Shown here piece by piece: positions 48,500 through 57,742 of a stretch of 64,000 bases of DNA. The DNA lies in the NCBI GenBank assembly GCA_903892035.1, contig CAITGV010000001.1:91624-155623 (forward strand), in the 5' to 3' direction. The notes beneath the pieces are model-generated. The model had not been told where the DNA came from, searched no databases, and saw nothing but the letters and a program-made list of their open reading frames with translations. Source of the stretch: an uncultured bacterium. GTDB lineage: Bacteria; Patescibacteriota; Minisyncoccia; Phycocordibacterales; UBA9973. The first letter of the stretch is position 1. Each line of letters begins with the position of its first letter. A program made the translations under genes and the position numbers.

Positions 48500-49891
48500 T
48501 TAAGCAGACTTAGTATATTTTCCCTCCATATCAGTATGTTTTACTATTTGCTCAATTTTTTCACCATCACCTCTGTCATCTAGTTTTATATAAACTCCGA
48601 CCCTTTCAATCACAGGAAGTAATTGAACTTCATTGTCATAATTTCCACCACCTTTTTCAAGCTGAAACCATACCATTGTCAGTATACTGTCATTTTCTTT
48701 ATAGAGGTCCAAATTGTACCAGATAACGAAATCTAACTCACCCCAATCGCTTGAATCAATTCTAATTGAGGATTTTGGCAAAAGCTCTCCTTTTTCTCTT
48801 ACTACTTTACTTGTTTCTAGTAAACCATCTTCGTCACCACAGTATGCTCCAGACAATAAGTTTACTCTTGTATATTTAGAATCTGTTGAGTTTACAAGAT
48901 GTACTTCAAAAGTGCTATCTTCTTCATTCATTATAAATGCCACAAACGGTTTATCTATCTCTGATTTTACTTTTAGAACAGATACCATTTCTGACTCTTT
49001 CATTTTTTCTTGGAAGTCTGCAAAAGTACTAAGGCAGTCTGCGATGTGTGCCATCAGAAGAAATGTTATCATATCTTCTTTGCTGTGCTCCTCTATATTT
49101 TTAATAACCGCTTTAAACGCAGTCATATCTGCGAGAAAACTTCGTTCAAATGCAGGAATGTCATTATGTTTCCGAAGAATACCAATATCAGATTGTGTAC
49201 GTTTACACAATTCAATTACTTTCTCTGCCATAAATGAACTTTTAAACACGCGACTTATTTCATATAGAATATATGCCAAATTCCATTCAATATAAGAAAT
49301 ATGTCCTTCATCTAAAGCTTGTACCCTGTACAATTCAATATCTATTTCTAAAAGGTCTTGCCTGAGAGGACTTTCAAACCAGCATTCCAATATTGTGGCG
49401 ATAACTTTGCGAGTGTAATGGATTATTTTTTCTTTTGGGGCATTGAACCTATCAAAAGTTTTTTCTCCATCTATTTTATAATCAGCAATAAGCTCTGATG
49501 TGTTTGAGATTATATCGGCGGATTTTAAGAGTAAAGAATCATTTGAGAAAGTTTTGATATGCTCTAGTGCTTCAGCTTTTCGCTCTACCCAAGACAAAGA
49601 CTTGTCTTGCTCTGTCACACTTAAAACCAAATCAGATACTCTCTGACCAAACATATCAGTAATCATTTCTTTAGTGACTTTGTGTTCAGTCACACTATCC
49701 TCAATAGTATCGTGCAGTATTCCAGCGACTACCACATCCTCTGTAGCCCCTGTATTAGCCAGTATTAGCCCCACAGAGAGCGGATGAGTGATGTATGGGA
49801 CATCTTTGCCTTTCCTTTTTTGCTTCTGGTCCAGCTCGTGGGTTTTGATTGCTAAGTTTATTGCTTTTTGAATGCGTGATGTATATATCAT
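48500..49891 (-). CDS. HD-domain ((p)ppGpp hydrolase-like) protein with large C-terminal extension
   Basis: RKGKDVPYITHP, ILHDTIED, VTE, KSADIISN. Confidence 0.85.
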   Translation of the reverse strand: MIYTSRIQKAINLAIKTHELDQKQKRKGKDVPYITHPLSVGLILANTGATEDVVVAGILHDTIEDSVTEHKVTKEMITDMFGQRVSDLVLSVTEQDKSLSWVERKAEALEHIKTFSNDSLLLKSADIISNTSELIADYKIDGEKTFDRFNAPKEKIIHYTRKVIATILECWFESPLRQDLLEIDIELYRVQALDEGHISYIEWNLAYILYEISRVFKSSFMAEKVIELCKRTQSDIGILRKHNDIPAFERSFLADMTAFKAVIKNIEEHSKEDMITFLLMAHIADCLSTFADFQEKMKESEMVSVLKVKSEIDKPFVAFIMNEEDSTFEVHLVNSTDSKYTRVNLLSGAYCGDEDGLLETSKVVREKGELLPKSSIRIDSSDWGELDFVIWYNLDLYKENDSILTMVWFQLEKGGGNYDNEVQLLPVIERVGVYIKLDDRGDGEKIEQIVKHTDMEGKYTKSA

Positions 49892-49936
49892 AATATTTAT
49901 AATTATTTTTATAATACTCTTAACGCAATAGTTGCG

Positions 49937-50110
49937 GACTAGGCAAACAAAAAAGCGACTAAGAGATTTACACCAGTACGACTTACTGATAGAAATCTCC
50001 CAACCGCTTTAACGCTAGTCAGTCATTTATAACTTGTGGCTCATCGCAGATTTCCCAACTTGCCTACCCATTTAAGGGAGATATAAACGGTCTGATTTGC
50101 TTGCTCAGAC
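49937..50110 (-). promoter_or_regulatory. Structured leader with terminator-like stem
   Basis: Minus strand AAAGCGGTTGGGAGATTT...AAATCTCTTAGTCGCTTT followed by TTTGTTT; competing upstream ATCTCCC. Confidence 0.5.
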
Positions 50111-50142
50111 TACAATGTTTCTAATAAAGAACTACACTTACA

Positions 50143-51639
50143 CTATATCACAGAAAGCAGATGCTTCCAAATCGCATACATCGCATATGTATCTAGCTTG
50201 CAATACTTTAAAAGGTCCTGAATCTGAGTTTGCTTATCAGTTTCACTGTATTGGTCTGTGACAATCTTATTCCAAGTATCTGAAGCCACAGCCCCATTTT
50301 GTATGCCAAGCTCTTTATAACTCAAATCCGAGAGCGTAGGCAACACAAATTTGATAGAAGTCTTACCTTTAAATCCCTTGTGAACATACATCTGTTTTTT
50401 AAACACATCTTCCAAATCAACAACTTTTGAGTTTAAGTTTTCTAAGAAATCTTTATATTCAGGGTTTCTTTCAACAAGCTTATTATTGATACCCATTTCA
50501 AAACTTTTATTCCAGACAATTATAGAGCCAGTTTTCGGTAGCTGTTTCTGTAGAGCTTCTATAAATTCTATGTCGGGCTTTGTTGATTCGGAGAATATAA
50601 ATTCGCTGTGGGCTGGCTCTATACTTTCTTCGCTTGCTATATGCAAGGAAAATTGAAATGGTATCTGGTTGAATGGACCATAGCCAGAAAATCTAGGGAT
50701 AGCTGATGGAAATGTCTCGTAATCTAAAAATGATATTGGATACTTAATCGTCTCAAGAAATTCACTGATTGCATTTTTATCAATCAATTTCTTGTCTATC
50801 TGTGCAACTTGAACCTGATTCTTTTGAATATCACTTAGCTCAAAGTCCTCTGGTACCTCTAGTATAGAAAACTTCTCTAGGTTCATATCTACAAGGTCCT
50901 CAAGTTTTTTCTTTGATAAACCGATGCGGGCTATGTCGTGAATGCTGTAATCAGAAACATCAGGATTGGAATACTTGAAAGTCGTACAGTGTGAGCTTCT
51001 ACCTCTGGTGATACATTTACACTCTCCGTGCGGTTCTTCAGTCTGAGATAGTACACCAAAGGCACTATCCATATCAGAGCTGACAGCATCAATAATACCG
51101 TTTACTTTGTCTGTAAAATCTTCTTTAGTAAGTAGCCCATTTAAATCAATGTCTCCCGCACGAATATATTCTTTATTTAAACGCACGAGATATAGTTTGT
51201 TTATAGGTATATTATTTTCTTTCAAAACAACATACTGAAAAGCTAAATCGTTAGAATAGATTTCATCTTTTGCTTTCTTGTTTTCTCCACTATTGGAAGC
51301 CTTTACTTCATAAACATCATACGCTCCTACTTCACTGTTCCAGACAAAAATATCAGAAATCATTTTAAACTTTTCTGTTTCAAATACTGGCTGATATATA
51401 ACTGGTGTTTTCTTTTCAATCAAACTTTTGGTCAATTCTGTATCATCTCTATCTTCCACCAAAACACCATTTGGAAACAACCCTCGTGCGAGCGTATCCA
51501 CATCATTACCAGTCTCAATAATCATCATTTCAAACTCTGAAAGTGGCTGTGATTTATACACCTCAGGCTTGTGAATCTTCAGCCAAGCATTCTTACCGCA
51601 ATCTTGGTATATAAGATAGTTTGTTTTTGATAGTTTCAT
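50143..51639 (-). CDS. DUF2779-type protein (PD-(D/E)xK nuclease plus DEDD/RNase H-like domain)
   Basis: LSK..C.K.AWL, SDI..YEVKAS, DLAFQ, FLDYET, PFQFSLH, YCKLDT. Confidence 0.8.
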   Translation of the reverse strand: MKLSKTNYLIYQDCGKNAWLKIHKPEVYKSQPLSEFEMMIIETGNDVDTLARGLFPNGVLVEDRDDTELTKSLIEKKTPVIYQPVFETEKFKMISDIFVWNSEVGAYDVYEVKASNSGENKKAKDEIYSNDLAFQYVVLKENNIPINKLYLVRLNKEYIRAGDIDLNGLLTKEDFTDKVNGIIDAVSSDMDSAFGVLSQTEEPHGECKCITRGRSSHCTTFKYSNPDVSDYSIHDIARIGLSKKKLEDLVDMNLEKFSILEVPEDFELSDIQKNQVQVAQIDKKLIDKNAISEFLETIKYPISFLDYETFPSAIPRFSGYGPFNQIPFQFSLHIASEESIEPAHSEFIFSESTKPDIEFIEALQKQLPKTGSIIVWNKSFEMGINNKLVERNPEYKDFLENLNSKVVDLEDVFKKQMYVHKGFKGKTSIKFVLPTLSDLSYKELGIQNGAVASDTWNKIVTDQYSETDKQTQIQDLLKYCKLDTYAMYAIWKHLLSVI

Positions 51640-51641
51640 AA

Positions 51642-53921
51642 CTATTTCAACAGCTCATATTTAAACAATTTTGGTGTGATATATCTTGCGTAGTAGTTCT
51701 TAAGTTTCTTTTTAAGATTCTCTAATTCACCATTGAGTGTTGAGTAGTGATAAACTATTTTATTATTTTCATCTTTCTCCGATGTATTTAATTCCATTTC
51801 AATTTGGTAAGGACCGTACGCTAATTTTTTACTATAGTTTTCTGTCTTCTTAGCTTCAACTAAAACAGCTTCCCATATCTTTACTAATTCTTTTTCGTCA
51901 CCATTTAATTTGAATTTTTCAAGCTGTTTACTTGCTAGTGTGTCATTATCAAAACACAATTCATTTTTATAGAATCGTTTGTCGCTACCAGTAAAAGAAA
52001 TACATTTATTGTATCGAGATAAACATGCAAAGATAAAGCATGATTTCAAGAAGTCTTTATCTTTTGTGTATTTATCACCACCATCACCAGTGGTAAAATA
52101 AACATCTTTTTCATACCACTTTTCTTGAGGGTAAAGTTTTGCTGAAAAAAGTGGTAATTTTTCAAAGTAATTATCGTCTCGCAAATAAAAACCATTTTTT
52201 CTTAAATTTATAGTTGTCCTTGTTAAATTTTTTGCTTGTCCATTAAACATCAAACCGACTAAGTGTAAGTAAGCGATTATATTTTTATTGTAAATATTTT
52301 CTGTAGCAGTGCTTTTCTGTTTTGGTGCTTCATAACCATCCGCTCCACACCAAACACCATTAGTAATATCATCCTTTAGTACTCTTCTGTCAAAATAAAC
52401 TTCATTCGGTGATTTATAACATTTACGAATGATTATGTCTTGAATTTGAAAAATCGTATCATCAGAAACATCAGCTGTATTTTTTGTGTTAATATCAAAA
52501 GCATTCAAAGTAAAATTTTCCTGATTTTTGTCAAAATTTTGCCACAAAATGCAAGAGATTGTTGATGGAGAAGCATGAAAAAATTTGCGATTAAAAGCAA
52601 AACCAAGTTTAAATGTTTTGTTTACAAGTCCAATATTTTTAAAGTATTTTACTGGACTGAATAAAATATAACTATCGGTAGGTTGCCTCAAGTAATAATG
52701 AAACCCAGACCATATAAATAAGTTGGCTAATTCCTTTGATGGAACATTTCCTTTCATTTTTGATTTAAAATTTTTCTTAAATTCAGTTGAAATAAAAGAA
52801 TTTTTACCAACATTACGAGATACTCCAGTTTCCATCGTATCCCCAGAAGCATCACTATATGGTGGGTTCTCAAATAAAATTACCGTACATTTTGAATTAT
52901 CAGTATATTGTTTAATAATTTCATTATTTACAAAATCTTCACTAAGAGCGTCTGCATTTACCACAAAGCCAGCAGAAAATTCTACGTTGTCATCAGTTGG
53001 TGGAATAATATGACGAACACGTCCATTGAAACGTTCTAACAAAACCTTGTATTCATAATATTCATAAGTACTAACAATGGTGTGCTCAAGTTCTTCACTA
53101 GAAAGCTCTGCTTCCAAATTTCCAGTCCCCGCACATCGGTCTAAAATAATATAATCATTACCCTTAGGAACAAGCTTGATTGCTTCACGAACAAGCTCTA
53201 CAGATTTTTTTGCATAAGCAGGTGGAGTAAAGAATGCACCGAGTTCTTTTTTTATCAAATTATCATTCAACTTATCCATCAAATACTTAAATTTGATGTT
53301 TGTTTTTTCCTTAAATGGCAGAATATAGTCCTTGAACTTTATTGGTTTGCGAATTTCGCCACCGTCTTTATCATCAAGATAATCACTTTTCTTTGCAGTT
53401 GGATTTTCTCGGTAAAATTTTTCCGCCCATCCAACAATACAATCCTCATCAATTTTTATTTTAGTGAAATTATTTTCTTTTAGTATTTTTAAAATCTTGT
53501 CTGCACCCATACCCGTAGAGTAGTCAATTTCTATTGGCTGTTTTTTTATTACAAAACCATCATTATTTTTACTTGCTCCACCATAATAAATTTGGTGAAT
53601 TTCTTCAAAATAATCTCCGCTATCAAAAATATTTGCCTTGCTCTGATTCAACGAAATAAGCAAAATATTTTTGGGCACTGGATTACCAGTAATTCTTAGT
53701 CGTGAAAGATACTTAATTGCCTGAAAAAGTACTTGCTGTGTGTTGTTGATGTTTAATTTAAATTCAAAAATATTCCCTTTATTAACACCATCGGTGTTAG
53801 CAATTAAAATATCATTTTCATCAATGTTTATTCCAAAATTCTTGAAAAAGTGAAGTTGACCTTCCCGTTCAGTGGTAAAAGTTTTATTTAGTGTTTTTTT
53901 ATTTTTAGTTTCTGTTTTCAT
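51642..53921 (-). CDS. Fused restriction endonuclease-adenine methyltransferase (type IIG-like)
   Basis: TDGV..IFEFK nuclease; GAFFTP, DRCAGTGNL, ENPPY methylase motifs. Confidence 0.85.
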   Translation of the reverse strand: MKTETKNKKTLNKTFTTEREGQLHFFKNFGINIDENDILIANTDGVNKGNIFEFKLNINNTQQVLFQAIKYLSRLRITGNPVPKNILLISLNQSKANIFDSGDYFEEIHQIYYGGASKNNDGFVIKKQPIEIDYSTGMGADKILKILKENNFTKIKIDEDCIVGWAEKFYRENPTAKKSDYLDDKDGGEIRKPIKFKDYILPFKEKTNIKFKYLMDKLNDNLIKKELGAFFTPPAYAKKSVELVREAIKLVPKGNDYIILDRCAGTGNLEAELSSEELEHTIVSTYEYYEYKVLLERFNGRVRHIIPPTDDNVEFSAGFVVNADALSEDFVNNEIIKQYTDNSKCTVILFENPPYSDASGDTMETGVSRNVGKNSFISTEFKKNFKSKMKGNVPSKELANLFIWSGFHYYLRQPTDSYILFSPVKYFKNIGLVNKTFKLGFAFNRKFFHASPSTISCILWQNFDKNQENFTLNAFDINTKNTADVSDDTIFQIQDIIIRKCYKSPNEVYFDRRVLKDDITNGVWCGADGYEAPKQKSTATENIYNKNIIAYLHLVGLMFNGQAKNLTRTTINLRKNGFYLRDDNYFEKLPLFSAKLYPQEKWYEKDVYFTTGDGGDKYTKDKDFLKSCFIFACLSRYNKCISFTGSDKRFYKNELCFDNDTLASKQLEKFKLNGDEKELVKIWEAVLVEAKKTENYSKKLAYGPYQIEMELNTSEKDENNKIVYHYSTLNGELENLKKKLKNYYARYITPKLFKYELLK

Positions 53922-54090
53922 AGGCATCCGTACTGAGATGCCTAAAAACAAAATAGGCACCCCGAGTAGCAAGGTGCCCCAAGATAACAGCTTTCGCCGT
54001 TGGTCCTGATTCCCTGACTAGGGTGCCCATTATGGGCAGGACCAACAACAAAAAGCATAAAACTTCTTGAAAAACTATTATCTTGGGGCA
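53921..54090 (-). promoter_or_regulatory. Attenuator-like structured 5' leader of the RM gene
   Basis: TGCCCCAAGATAA 53975-53987 / TTATCTTGGGGCA 54078-54090; overlapping terminator GGCACC..GGTGCC plus T-run; hairpin over the start codon. Confidence 0.6.
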
Positions 54091-54170
54091 ACATAAATAT
54101 AGCAAAAAATACTTAATTTTACCAGTCAAATATGATAAAATGTCTTTGTTTTCAATAAACCACCATTACA

Positions 54171-55283
54171 ATGAATAAACTGCATTCAAAACTATATACT
54201 GCAAAAAAACTCCTACTGAGCCATTTGGAAGTGAACGGTAAAAGAAACACTTTCTCTAAGCTAGATTTTTCAAAAAGCACTCTAACCGCTTTAGAGCAAG
54301 ATGGGCTAATAAAATTTGATAAGCCTTTATTGAGCAAGAAATATATCAATAATTATCAAAGTGCCAGAAAAACATTTGAAAGCATACAAGAAAAAAAGCG
54401 TCTAGCTTCTCTTTCTTTTGGTGGACCTCGAAGCTCGTATGGTCTTGAGCAGACAAAGAAAGAATTTGAAAATTATCTAGCTGATAAATACTGTAGTCTC
54501 GGAAAAGGGCTATATGAAAAACTTCAAGAAAGCCCAGAGATTGAAATTGACCACTTAAGTTTTCAGAGTATCGCAACGAAAGATTTTGCAAACGATTCTT
54601 TAAGTTTTAACCTAGAATTTTCACCTGAAAAAATACAAGAGTTTTTGAATGAGAAAATGGATTTGTTTATTACAGACGAGTTAGAATTGTCTGATGACCA
54701 AGCCCATAGATTTTTAAGCTATGAGAAACAAAAAGAGCAGTTTTCTATTGGTATTGTGAAGCTAACAAATACTGGATATTCTGCAAATAATTTAAAGATA
54801 GATTATATGCAGATTTTTAAGAAAGAGGATTTATTGCAAACAAACTTTGTTGAAACAGCTCTAGCTATGGAAAGAGAGGGATTGATAGAGGTAAAAAATA
54901 TCATAGAAACAACGCCAGCAAACCCTGTAGTTATAACTAGTCAAGATGTATTTAAATATCCTACGATTATACAGCTTAAGGTTCTTGGTAAATTCTCGCC
55001 TTACTATGAACAAGTTTATAAGAAATACTCACCTAAAACACAGGAATCAACCCAAGAAGCCTTAACGCCAAACAATAAGAAATTGAAACTACTTGAAAAA
55101 TTGAAAGAGGAAAAAGATTTAATGCCTAAATGGAAAACAGTTATGGATATTCATCCCCCTAAATTCTCTAGTTGGATGAGAGAGTGCGGTATTGATGACT
55201 ACACCCAGCTAAGAAATATTCTTGATAGTCTTCAAGAAGAAGAATTACTTATTTCTATTAAGTCTGTTAATCCAGCTATGTGA
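54171..55283 (+). CDS. Hypothetical protein
   Basis: 370-aa ORF; overlaps the next gene (TGATG). Confidence 0.75.
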   Translation: MNKLHSKLYTAKKLLLSHLEVNGKRNTFSKLDFSKSTLTALEQDGLIKFDKPLLSKKYINNYQSARKTFESIQEKKRLASLSFGGPRSSYGLEQTKKEFENYLADKYCSLGKGLYEKLQESPEIEIDHLSFQSIATKDFANDSLSFNLEFSPEKIQEFLNEKMDLFITDELELSDDQAHRFLSYEKQKEQFSIGIVKLTNTGYSANNLKIDYMQIFKKEDLLQTNFVETALAMEREGLIEVKNIIETTPANPVVITSQDVFKYPTIIQLKVLGKFSPYYEQVYKKYSPKTQESTQEALTPNNKKLKLLEKLKEEKDLMPKWKTVMDIHPPKFSSWMRECGIDDYTQLRNILDSLQEEELLISIKSVNPAM

Positions 55284-55801
55284 TGATGAATTATCTACAA
55301 ATACAATTTCCTGAAGACTTTGAGAAAAGGTATAAAAAATACAAGGACCAGATTTTGCATTCCTCTACTAAAAATACTTTCTCAAAGATACCCTCAGATG
55401 AACCAACAGTTGCCACCCAAGAAACAGAAAATCAAAAAGGTGTTAAATCAAACCCTGAATCAGGCAAGAAAATGGCTTCAATTGAGTATAACCCAATCAC
55501 TGGTGATGGAATTGTAAATACAACAAGTTTTAAATTCAAAGACCACCAGCCTGAATATAGGTTATTTAAACTTCTGTGCGAAAAGGTTAATAATAAAATT
55601 CAACGCTATGACGTTCTTGTAGCAATCCATTTTTATGAAGATGGTGCAGATGTTGAACCAGCTAGAAAGTCTCTTGAGACTGAAGAAATAAATAAAGTTG
55701 TTAAAAAAATCAGAGGGAAAACTGGGCTTACTACAAAACAGCTAGTAAATAACAATGGAAATGTAACATTACTCGGGAATATAGTACCAAATCAAACCTA
55801 A
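55283..55801 (+). CDS. Hypothetical protein, possible C-terminal winged-helix domain
   Basis: EYRLFKLL..INKVVKKIRGK..NNGNVTL resembles a wHTH. Confidence 0.65.
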   Translation: MMNYLQIQFPEDFEKRYKKYKDQILHSSTKNTFSKIPSDEPTVATQETENQKGVKSNPESGKKMASIEYNPITGDGIVNTTSFKFKDHQPEYRLFKLLCEKVNNKIQRYDVLVAIHFYEDGADVEPARKSLETEEINKVVKKIRGKTGLTTKQLVNNNGNVTLLGNIVPNQT

Positions 55802-55837
55802 AACCATACTGAATCTAGTCTAAATCGCATCTAACTC
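55787..55837 (+). repeat. Five CTAAATC-like heptamers at 11-bp period
   Basis: CCAAATC 55787, CTAAAAC 55798, CTGAATC 55809, CTAAATC 55820, CTAACTC 55831. Confidence 0.75.
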
Positions 55838-55979
55838 GAATAAGTGAATAAATATAGGATGATACTAAGCCTATATTTTTTTTGGCTGGGGAAATCTTGA
55901 ACCCCCTGTAAGCCCTTTGCTTACTCGGCAGGTGCCTCACGGCGTTCAAGAACCTACCGAGTAAATAGTGGGCTTGCCT

Positions 55980-56162
55980 ATGTTACCAGAACAAGCCATA
56001 ACAGAATACAAGAAGCTCTACGAAGCCCGTTACGGCGTCGTTTTAAGCGATGCTGAGGCATCGTTGCGGGCGAATAACCTTGTAAATTTCTATAAGGCTA
56101 CTTTGGGGTCGGAACATCCAAATACAACGAAAGTGGTCGATGAACCTCGTTGTAATTATTAA
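55980..56162 (+). CDS. Small hypothetical protein of a type common in CPR mobile elements
   Basis: MLPEQAITEYKKLY..YGVVLSDAEA pattern. Confidence 0.7.
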   Translation: MLPEQAITEYKKLYEARYGVVLSDAEASLRANNLVNFYKATLGSEHPNTTKVVDEPRCNY

Positions 56163-56167
56163 CAAAT

Positions 56168-56515
56168 ATGGCAAAAATAAATTGTCATAAAATTTACAGC
56201 AGTATGAGCTACACAGTAAAAGAACTAGCAAACGAGTTAGGAATATCAGAAAAAACAATTTTCCGTTGGATTGAAAATGGTTTAAGAATTGTAGATGGAA
56301 GCAAGAAACCCATCCTGATAATGGGTGTGGAAGTAAAAGATTTTACAAGAAGAAAAGATTCAAAAAAGAAAGTAGGTAAAATTAAAAGGAATGAGTTTTT
56401 GTGCCTAACGTGTAAGAAAGGGAGACGTGCAAAAAGAGGTTCAATTAAGAAACTGAAGAGCAAGAAACTAGGAGAATGTTATGTCTGTAACGGGAAAATG
56501 AGCAGAACAATCTAG
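56168..56515 (+). CDS. HTH (excisionase-like) protein with Zn ribbon
   Basis: YTVKELANELGISEKTIFRWI; CLTC..CYVC. Confidence 0.8.
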   Translation: MAKINCHKIYSSMSYTVKELANELGISEKTIFRWIENGLRIVDGSKKPILIMGVEVKDFTRRKDSKKKVGKIKRNEFLCLTCKKGRRAKRGSIKKLKSKKLGECYVCNGKMSRTI

Positions 56516-56594
56516 CTCGACCAAAAGGACTATGTAGTATTGTCTCTTCTAGTTTAAATGTCCATTATTAACTATTAACGCATCTATTAAAATT

Positions 56595-57701
56595 ATGACA
56601 AAAACAACGCTCGAAAATGAGCAAATAAAGAGGGATTTTTTTGACCAACTAAAGGGAGCAAAAGGGTTTGCAAAAAGCTCAGTAGTAGCTTTTTCAGATG
56701 CAATATCCCAGTGGCAAAAATTCACTGAAAATGAAAGTTTTTCAAAGTTTACTAAAGAAGAAGCGACAGCTTTTGTGGAGTGGTTAAGCACCAAGCCATC
56801 TAAAACAAAAACTGGTAAAATCGCTCTAGTTACTCAAGACAATTATCTTCGCAGAGTGAAGAAGTTTTTTGAGTGGCTGTCTGAGCAATCGGGATATAAA
56901 AGCAAAATATCAAAAAATGAAGTAGAGTGGCTGAGGCTTTCCAAGACCGATGCTCGTATTGCAAGAATGGGGACTACCCGCACAGAGCCTGTATTTGAGG
57001 AGGTAAAAAAAGTTATAGAAAGTATAAAAGGTAAAAGTGAAGTAGATATGAGGGATAGAGCCATTATTTCTCTAGCATTGATTACAGGGGCTCGTATTTC
57101 CGCCATTACCTCTTTGAAAATGCGTAGCTTCGACAAGAAAAAGAATGTCGTGTATCAAAGTCCAAAAGATGGTATTAAAACAAAAAGCTCAAAGCTGATA
57201 GCTACCTTGATTTTCCCTATTGAATGGCGTGAACCAGAAAGATATTTTGTCGAATGGTATGAGTATCTAGAGTCAAAAGGTTTCCGCCCAGATGACCCTA
57301 TTTTCCCAGCAACATTTAATGATATAGGTAATAAAAATACTAGCAAAGCAGTGGTCAGCAAGCGTTTTTGGAGTAATGCTAACTCTGCACGAAATATCTT
57401 TAAAACAAGATGTTTGGATGCTGGCATTCCTTACTTCAATCCTCACTCCTTTCGTCACCTAATTGTGGGTATGTGGATGGAGGAGATACTTCCCGAGAAA
57501 TATAAAAAGGCTATCAGCCTGAATCTTGGTCACGAAAGTGTTTCTACTACCTTTGATTCATATGGTCATAGTAATATGACCCAAAATGAGGTCTTTGGAA
57601 TTATTAAAAATCTCAAGAATTTAAAAGCAGAGAGTAAAAGCACTTCGATAACACAAGAAGAAAGGGAGGCTATCGAGAAGCTACTTAAAAGAAGTGCATA
57701 A
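56595..57701 (+). CDS. Tyrosine recombinase
   Basis: RDRA..TGARISA, HSFRH, LGHES..TT..SY. Confidence 0.92.
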   Translation: MTKTTLENEQIKRDFFDQLKGAKGFAKSSVVAFSDAISQWQKFTENESFSKFTKEEATAFVEWLSTKPSKTKTGKIALVTQDNYLRRVKKFFEWLSEQSGYKSKISKNEVEWLRLSKTDARIARMGTTRTEPVFEEVKKVIESIKGKSEVDMRDRAIISLALITGARISAITSLKMRSFDKKKNVVYQSPKDGIKTKSSKLIATLIFPIEWREPERYFVEWYEYLESKGFRPDDPIFPATFNDIGNKNTSKAVVSKRFWSNANSARNIFKTRCLDAGIPYFNPHSFRHLIVGMWMEEILPEKYKKAISLNLGHESVSTTFDSYGHSNMTQNEVFGIIKNLKNLKAESKSTSITQEEREAIEKLLKRSA

Positions 57702-57742
57702 CACCACTTGCTATGTAAAGAATAGTAAAGTATACTAGATAT

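Noticed and set aside
48714-49295. 193-aa plus-strand ORF and similar antisense ORFs across the window
   Set aside because: Shadow frames opposite well-supported genes, with no motifs.
50143-51639. CRISPR Cas4
   Set aside because: Cas4-like nuclease fold only; no cas1/cas2 or array.
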